The notes beneath the pieces were generated by a model. It saw only the letters and a list, made by a program, of their open reading frames with translations, was not told where the DNA came from and did not search any database. A stretch of 64,000 nt of DNA from an uncultured Gammaproteobacteria bacterium (lineage in GTDB: Bacteria > Patescibacteriota > Patescibacteriia > UBA2196 > GWA2-42-15), in the NCBI GenBank assembly GCA_964573135.1, contig CAZNIO010000006.1, positions 1,733 to 65,732 of the forward strand, written 5' to 3'. How positions within the stretch are numbered: position 1 is the stretch's first letter; every line of letters begins with the position of its first letter. The position numbers and the translations under genes are program-made. Positions 58,974 to 64,000 of the stretch are shown one piece after another.

Positions 58974-59717
58974 TTAATCGGGTGAATAATTGTTATCATC
59001 TAGAGCAGGGATAACTTGGCGTAATGAGTTACAGTACTTTGAATACGCCAAGCGCTCTAGATCAAATTTTTGAATAATTTTATGGAACCAGGCAGGCAGG
59101 ATGTTGTTGTACTTGAGTTCGAGAACAACACCATCTTGGTACACCTTATGCCACTTACGGGCAGTTGGTTTTAAATTTTTAGTGAGTTGAGTCTGAATAT
59201 CATAGTCAAAGGTTATTCTAAATCTCTCATCAAGTTTACCAAGCAAAGCTTTTCTTTTGTAGCGTACAAAAAGTTTGGGCACAAGAGAATTTCTTTTTTT
59301 AAACCAGATGAGTTCATCTAAAAATTTATTGTGTGTGCTTCTTTTAATATCCATCAATGTTCTGTCTAGCTGCCGGCTATCTAAATTAAATCCATTTAAA
59401 TTAATTCTGTCTTTAATAACCAGGGCATCTTTTTTTCTTTTTATTTCAAGGAAAATTGGGGAATCCTCTTTGATGTCGTTATAGAAACGGTAGCGTAATT
59501 TTTTTCTGTCGCGAACACCGGCTTCTTTGTCCCAAAAACAACCATGGCCTGGGGTGTCAAAGTAGAGACTGTTAACCTCATAATAGTCATGGGGACTGTC
59601 AATAATATATGGATCCCAGTTCATATGGGGCAAAAGAGCAGGAATTAGCTTATCAGCTTTACTTTTGGGTAAATAATACTTAAATTCGAAGCGTTGGAAG
59701 TGTAAATTGGGTTTCAT
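58974..59717 (-). CDS. VTC (polyphosphate polymerase) domain protein
   Basis: RFEFKY, SLYFDT, RKKLRYR, LEIK, RITFD, LELKY, SKY. Confidence 0.9.
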   Translation of the reverse strand: MKPNLHFQRFEFKYYLPKSKADKLIPALLPHMNWDPYIIDSPHDYYEVNSLYFDTPGHGCFWDKEAGVRDRKKLRYRFYNDIKEDSPIFLEIKRKKDALVIKDRINLNGFNLDSRQLDRTLMDIKRSTHNKFLDELIWFKKRNSLVPKLFVRYKRKALLGKLDERFRITFDYDIQTQLTKNLKPTARKWHKVYQDGVVLELKYNNILPAWFHKIIQKFDLERLAYSKYCNSLRQVIPALDDNNYSPD

Positions 59718-59743
59718 ACTAATTAATATATCTTTACAATAAA

Positions 59744-59920
59744 TTACTCCTTTGTCCAGTCTTTAATCCTAATAACCTTGTTTTTGTTATCGATTGATAA
59801 AATGACCTTTTGTCTTTCTTTCCAGCCCCAAGCGCGAACAACATCTATGGGTAAAGTGATGCTGTAGCTTGAACCACCGGCAATTTTAGTGATTTTTCTT
59901 ATATTTTTATTATTAATCAT
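59744..59920 (-). CDS. AbrB/MazE/SpoVT family DNA-binding protein (58 aa), absent from the ORF track
   Basis: MINNKNIRKITKIAGGSSYSITLPIDVVRAWGWKERQKV..IRIKDW. Confidence 0.8.
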   Translation of the reverse strand: MINNKNIRKITKIAGGSSYSITLPIDVVRAWGWKERQKVILSIDNKNKVIRIKDWTKE

Positions 59921-59937
59921 GGATTTATAATTAATTT

Positions 59938-59961
59938 ATCTACGTAGGCGTCTACGTAGAT
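59938..59961. promoter_or_regulatory. palindromic operator candidate
   Basis: ATCTACGTAG-GCGT-CTACGTAGAT: two self-palindromic CTACGTAG boxes 17 nt upstream of the AbrB-like ATG. Confidence 0.6.
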
Positions 59962-60070
59962 TGGGGTCTTATAAATATAATATCATGGGATAAAGATATT
60001 GGCAATATATTAAAAAATCGGCTGTTTAGCCGATATAAATTATTAACAACTCTCCCCTACTAATATAAAA

Positions 60071-60094
60071 CCAGCCCTTGTCAACAAGGGCTGG
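60071..60094 (-). terminator. intrinsic terminator of the protease gene
   Basis: CCAGCCCTTG-TCAA-CAAGGGCTGG perfect 10-bp stem followed by TTTT on the minus strand. Confidence 0.75.
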
Positions 60095-60123
60095 AGGTAG
60101 CCTAAAATTTCATGCTAATTGGA

Positions 60124-62355
60124 TCAACTTGGATCAGGAATTTTGGTTAAGTCACTATTTGTAATGCCTAATGACAAAGACTCAAATAAATCCATAAGAT
60201 TTTGCCAAGTTATTTCCCACCTTCTTCCATTAAAATCAACGTACCAAATTCTGCCCCTATCTTCAACTTGTAAGAGCAACTTGCCCTTCAACCTGTTGCC
60301 GGTTGCTGTTACAGTGCCTTGAGTATGAAGTGGGACCTTGCCTAGATCAGTATCTGAGATACCAAGTGCCAGGGATTCAAATAGATTGAGGGCATTAGCG
60401 AAAGTAACCTCCCACTTTTTACCGGTGCCTAAATCAATATAAAAAATTCTTCCCCGGTCTTCAACTGCCAAGAGTAATTTGCCCTTGACTCTATTGACTA
60501 GTGAACTATCGTGATTGTGCGATCGAAATCTTAATGGATCATTGTCGCTGAGGGTGGTGTTAGCATCGTTGGAAGTATTATTACTCGCAGTAGTTTGGCT
60601 AGCGGGCGCTGGGCTGTCAAGCTTGACAAGTGAAAGCGCTTGAATCATTTTATTAAATTCACTCTTGGCTCGGTTAACAACCTGTGCGTCTGTACTATAG
60701 ATATTAAGGCTGACGACTATATATTTACTTTGTGTTTTTATATAATAAGCTACAGTATGAACAAGCTTCACGCCATTTGATATTCGCCAGTCAATATATT
60801 CAAGCATAATTGCCTTGGGCAAACTGCCATTTATCTCGTAATGAGCGTTTGAATTAAGTAAATCCACTCTTAGATCCCTTAGGGCATGCTCCTCCCTAAA
60901 ATGCTCCAGAGTATATTTATATGCCTTGAGAAACTCATCACTGGACATACTGAAAGTAACATCATCTGTATCATGTAATTGAATGTCAACTGAGGCTTCG
61001 GGAATCTCTTTATTAAGCATTACTACAAGATCTTCTTTGGAATGGTAGTCTTTAAGTGGCCAGTTAGAGTCAGTGGTTATACTGAAAAGTGGGTTATCGT
61101 GCTGATATTGATGAAGTCCTCCACTAAATGTGGTTGAATCAGTTATTTCAAAAGACTGTATAATTTCATCGACATTATGTTTGTCTTTGTCGTTGTGTCC
61201 GTAATCATAATCCAAATAAACAACATAATTCCTAACTGGGAAAATATATCCTTTATCAGTTACACCATCACTTAATATATACAGTTTCTTGCCTTGGTGA
61301 CCATTAACAGTCACATCTTCATTAACCGTGATATTAGAAGTAGAAAGTACATCATATATATACTGTGATCTGCTTAACAATGGGATAAGATCATCCACGG
61401 TTACTGTCCTTGGATAAGAAGTTATGGTTATTGCAACACTTCCACCTTCATTGCTGTCTTTCTCATCAATTACTAAATAATCTTCTCCAGGATATGTAAA
61501 GCGCCAACCATCTGGCCTTCTAATTGAAAATTTAGGATCACTGTTAGTAAAAATATCTGTATTTTTAAGATTTTTTTGCTTTTTGGAAAAGTTTTCAAGC
61601 TCGTTTTGTAATGAATTTTGCTGTACTGACCCGCCTTTCTTTTGATTAAACCATGTTTTAACTGAAACTAAATTAATGGCATAACCAAAACTACCGAGAG
61701 TGTCTTTACGCATAGCTGAGGTAATTGCTATAACTTCCCCATCACTATTAATAAAAGCTCCGCCCGAATTACCATAGGATACAGCAGCATCAGTCTTAAC
61801 CCATTTTAAATTATGTCGAGTTTCCCAGCCGCTAACCACGCCGGCACTAACAGTGATGTTTTCTCCACCCGTGCCGGGATAACCAATAACGGTAACCGGG
61901 TAATTTAATTGAGTATCGCCACTAAAATTTAAATTAAGATGTGGGAAGACGGTTTGGTTACTTAATCCGGGAATGGGTTGGATTTTAAGGATAGCCATAT
62001 CTAGATCCTTGTTCTTAGCAATCAGCTGGGCAGTAAATGAGCAGTCTGGCTCCTGGTTAATGCTCTGCGGCAGACAAATTTGATAAGCTGATTCCCATTC
62101 AGTGTCGTCTGCTTCCTCTTCAATTGTGACAACGTGATGATTCGTCAAGACTAGACCGTCTTGACTGAAAATAACACCTGATCCTGTACTGTTCAATGCA
62201 AAATCGTAATCCCAATCGATGCCATAGGTTTTAATTTTAACAACAGCCTTATATGCATCATCCGCGGACAGCGGCTCTGCTGCTTGGGATACATTAAGGC
62301 TGCCAAAACCGACAATCGCGAGCAGTGCGATCAATAATATAATTTTCGTTTTCAT
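60124..62355 (-). CDS. secreted trypsin-like (S1C/HtrA-like) serine protease with PsbP-like middle domains and a duplicated C-terminal repeat
   Basis: Signal peptide, TNHHV, DMAILK, GNSGG; two copies of KGKLLLxVEDRGRIxY..WExTxxNxxxLFESLxLGI. Confidence 0.88.
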   Translation of the reverse strand: MKTKIILLIALLAIVGFGSLNVSQAAEPLSADDAYKAVVKIKTYGIDWDYDFALNSTGSGVIFSQDGLVLTNHHVVTIEEEADDTEWESAYQICLPQSINQEPDCSFTAQLIAKNKDLDMAILKIQPIPGLSNQTVFPHLNLNFSGDTQLNYPVTVIGYPGTGGENITVSAGVVSGWETRHNLKWVKTDAAVSYGNSGGAFINSDGEVIAITSAMRKDTLGSFGYAINLVSVKTWFNQKKGGSVQQNSLQNELENFSKKQKNLKNTDIFTNSDPKFSIRRPDGWRFTYPGEDYLVIDEKDSNEGGSVAITITSYPRTVTVDDLIPLLSRSQYIYDVLSTSNITVNEDVTVNGHQGKKLYILSDGVTDKGYIFPVRNYVVYLDYDYGHNDKDKHNVDEIIQSFEITDSTTFSGGLHQYQHDNPLFSITTDSNWPLKDYHSKEDLVVMLNKEIPEASVDIQLHDTDDVTFSMSSDEFLKAYKYTLEHFREEHALRDLRVDLLNSNAHYEINGSLPKAIMLEYIDWRISNGVKLVHTVAYYIKTQSKYIVVSLNIYSTDAQVVNRAKSEFNKMIQALSLVKLDSPAPASQTTASNNTSNDANTTLSDNDPLRFRSHNHDSSLVNRVKGKLLLAVEDRGRIFYIDLGTGKKWEVTFANALNLFESLALGISDTDLGKVPLHTQGTVTATGNRLKGKLLLQVEDRGRIWYVDFNGRRWEITWQNLMDLFESLSLGITNSDLTKIPDPS

Positions 62356-62671
62356 AATTTTTTCTCAGTTATTAATTAATATCTTAATTTAATTAGAACA
62401 CATCAAATTGACCGGGTCAAATATGTTGCATTCATAAGTATATGATAAGGTGGTGGGGTCAGCTGTCTGGTTATATTCCCCTACTTTAATGTCTTGTATA
62501 GGGATTTGGGAATAATATAGGGGTTTGAGTTATCAACTTGCACTATAATTTGGTTGCGTCATCAATTAGATTGGCAAGCTTGGCGGTAAGGCCACTGACA
62601 ATTAAATAAAACAGTGGATAGACGGTGGTAAGACCCACCTTTCCTAAACTCAATATACATATTGGGCATGG

Positions 62672-62708
62672 AAGCAAAAACCTACAGACTAATCCGCAAG
62701 GGCTTGCC
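62672..62708. repeat. 37-bp direct repeat, copy 1 (part of a ~57-nt imperfect hairpin)
   Basis: AAGCAAAAACCTACAGACTAATCCGCAAGGGCTTGCC; 33/37 identical to 63580-63616. Confidence 0.85.
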
Positions 62709-62768
62709 TGTTTGGGGTTGGTGGGTATATTACAATACATTTATTTTTAAAAAACGAAATTAAAACAT

Positions 62769-63575
62769 TCATCCACCAAGAATAGGATTTTTACTTAAAC
62801 ATTTTGGGATGTCAAATTTAATATGTTGCATGAGACCCGATGTTGCTAATAGAAAATGATATTTCCCATCTTCAAACTTTACTGTAATTTCTTTATCTGG
62901 ATACTCTACTTTCATCTCTTTTTCGCCAGGCAAGATAATTAGCCCAACTTTTTTATTTTCTTTGAGTATACTGTTGAAATCATCACTAAAAAAATGAACA
63001 TATTTTCTATTAAAGATTAATACCAATTCATCATAATTGGCTATTTTTTTGTTAATTGACTTTTGATCAATTCTTTTAAACTTACCTACCGCATCCTTTG
63101 CTTCTTTAAAGTCATATTCTTCTTTAACTTGGATTAAATACTGCCTCGCATTTTTATTTAATTTGTTCTTATTGGGTAGTATTTTAAATTTTTTATTTTT
63201 TATATCCATCTGGCAATCATCTGAGCTGACAACATAAATAGCTACATCATAGGATAATTCCTCTTGGGGCATAGACACTATAACGACCTTGCCTGGATGT
63301 TGATCATCAATATATTTCAGATAGATACTAACAACAAATAGCTCTTTTATTTTCTGGCCATCAATTAGTTTTTGTTTAAAAGGTAATTTATCTTTTCTAG
63401 TAAGTGAAAAAATAGCTTCTGTGATAATTTTACCATTAATAGGCAGTGAGAATTTAAATTTATATCTCAAGACAGTTTCTATTATATAATCAAAAAAATG
63501 CTGTGGCGCATTTTTCCCAGTCTCAAATGAGGTAATAAAAATCTCTTCGCGATTAACCATATTAAATTTACACAT
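62769..63575 (-). CDS. hypothetical protein, possible PD-(D/E)xK-fold nuclease
   Basis: KE..SYDVAI..IQVKE resembles an E..D..QxK active-site pattern; very AT-rich; start may be 63560. Confidence 0.55.
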   Translation of the reverse strand: MCKFNMVNREEIFITSFETGKNAPQHFFDYIIETVLRYKFKFSLPINGKIITEAIFSLTRKDKLPFKQKLIDGQKIKELFVVSIYLKYIDDQHPGKVVIVSMPQEELSYDVAIYVVSSDDCQMDIKNKKFKILPNKNKLNKNARQYLIQVKEEYDFKEAKDAVGKFKRIDQKSINKKIANYDELVLIFNRKYVHFFSDDFNSILKENKKVGLIILPGEKEMKVEYPDKEITVKFEDGKYHFLLATSGLMQHIKFDIPKCLSKNPILGG

Positions 63576-63579
63576 AATT

Positions 63580-63616
63580 AAGCAAAAACCTACACGCTAA
63601 TCCGCAAGAACTTGCC
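63580..63616. repeat. 37-bp direct repeat, copy 2
   Basis: AAGCAAAAACCTACACGCTAATCCGCAAGAACTTGCC. Confidence 0.85.
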
Positions 63617-63638
63617 CTTCTGAGTGTGTTGGATTATT

Positions 63639-63827
63639 TTAAAAGTAGTAATTATTCTCTTGTCCAGAATTAGAATAAATTACTTTGCGCGTATTAATAT
63701 ATGGCAAATATATTATTGAGAAAATAATTAGGACTAGTAGCAGTGCTAGTCCAAAATATTTTGCTGTAAGTTTAATTTTAAAATATTCAGATTTATTTGA
63801 AGAATATTCTTTTAATTTAATTTGCAT
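63639..63827 (-). CDS. small single-TM hypothetical protein
   Basis: 62 aa with one hydrophobic helix; stop codon abuts the repeat hairpin. Confidence 0.5.
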   Translation of the reverse strand: MQIKLKEYSSNKSEYFKIKLTAKYFGLALLLVLIIFSIIYLPYINTRKVIYSNSGQENNYYF

Positions 63828-64000
63828 AAATGTTTTTACAGACTTATTATTGAACTAACGGGAAAGTATCATCTTCTGTGTCATCCTCCCCTAAAGAAGA
63901 AGAAGAATTGTTGCATCTAAATAGCAGGGAGAAAAAGCCAATAGAGGATAAGTATAGAGATTGTGTTAGTCCGACTGCTATATGAAATAAATCCTTATTC

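Noticed and set aside
62408-62420. TTGACC-G-GGTCAA palindrome upstream of the protease
   Set aside because: Single short palindrome with no identifiable cognate regulator; could be chance
62543-62740. 65-aa minus-strand ORF
   Set aside because: Overlaps the repeat and hairpin region; no RBS or protein features
62672-63616. 37-bp repeats as a CRISPR array
   Set aside because: Only two copies, separated by 871 bp containing a gene; no cas genes in the window
62672-63640. Canonical integron attC sites
   Set aside because: No GTTRRRY core, shorter than the ~57-bp minimum between putative core sites, and no intI in the window; kept only as a non-canonical analogue
63850-64000. Open frame at the window end and a possible third repeat copy near 63840
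   Set aside because: Truncated and strand-ambiguous; only 8 bp (TACAGACT) match the repeat

Overview
AT-rich bacterial chromosome segment, most likely Patescibacteria/CPR (Parcubacteria-like). This is inferred from a VirB2-type pilin, an S8 protease with FG-GAP-like repeats, a CPR-type 'KGKLLLxVEDRGRIxY' C-terminal repeat and several apparently leaderless genes. The left part carries an M23 peptidase, gltX, an NDP-sugar epimerase, a 1144-aa coiled-coil orphan, a HEPN-MNT pair, an opposite-strand three-gene orphan operon behind a structured leader, a pilin, metK and envelope genes (GtrA, S8, Wzy_C-TPR, priming transferase). The centre (23.5-52.5 kb) is a ~29 kb minus-strand surface-glycan locus with two NeuB-family synthases, two cytidylyltransferases, PseC/PseH/PseI but no recognisable PseB/PseG, GmhA, two radical SAM/SPASM proteins, four methyltransferases and FemAB/WbqC transferases. 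It also holds an O-carbamoyltransferase overlapping an ornithine carbamoyltransferase of apparently catabolic, protist-like type. A second glycan operon follows (VTC, DUF4956, deacetylase, gmd remnant, GT2-GT-C fusion), then a trypsin-like protease. The right end has two orphan genes, each followed by a copy of a 37-bp-core hairpin repeat in a cassette-like layout. No rRNA, tRNA, CRISPR array, transposase or integrase was recognised. All calls rest on motif recognition without database searches.
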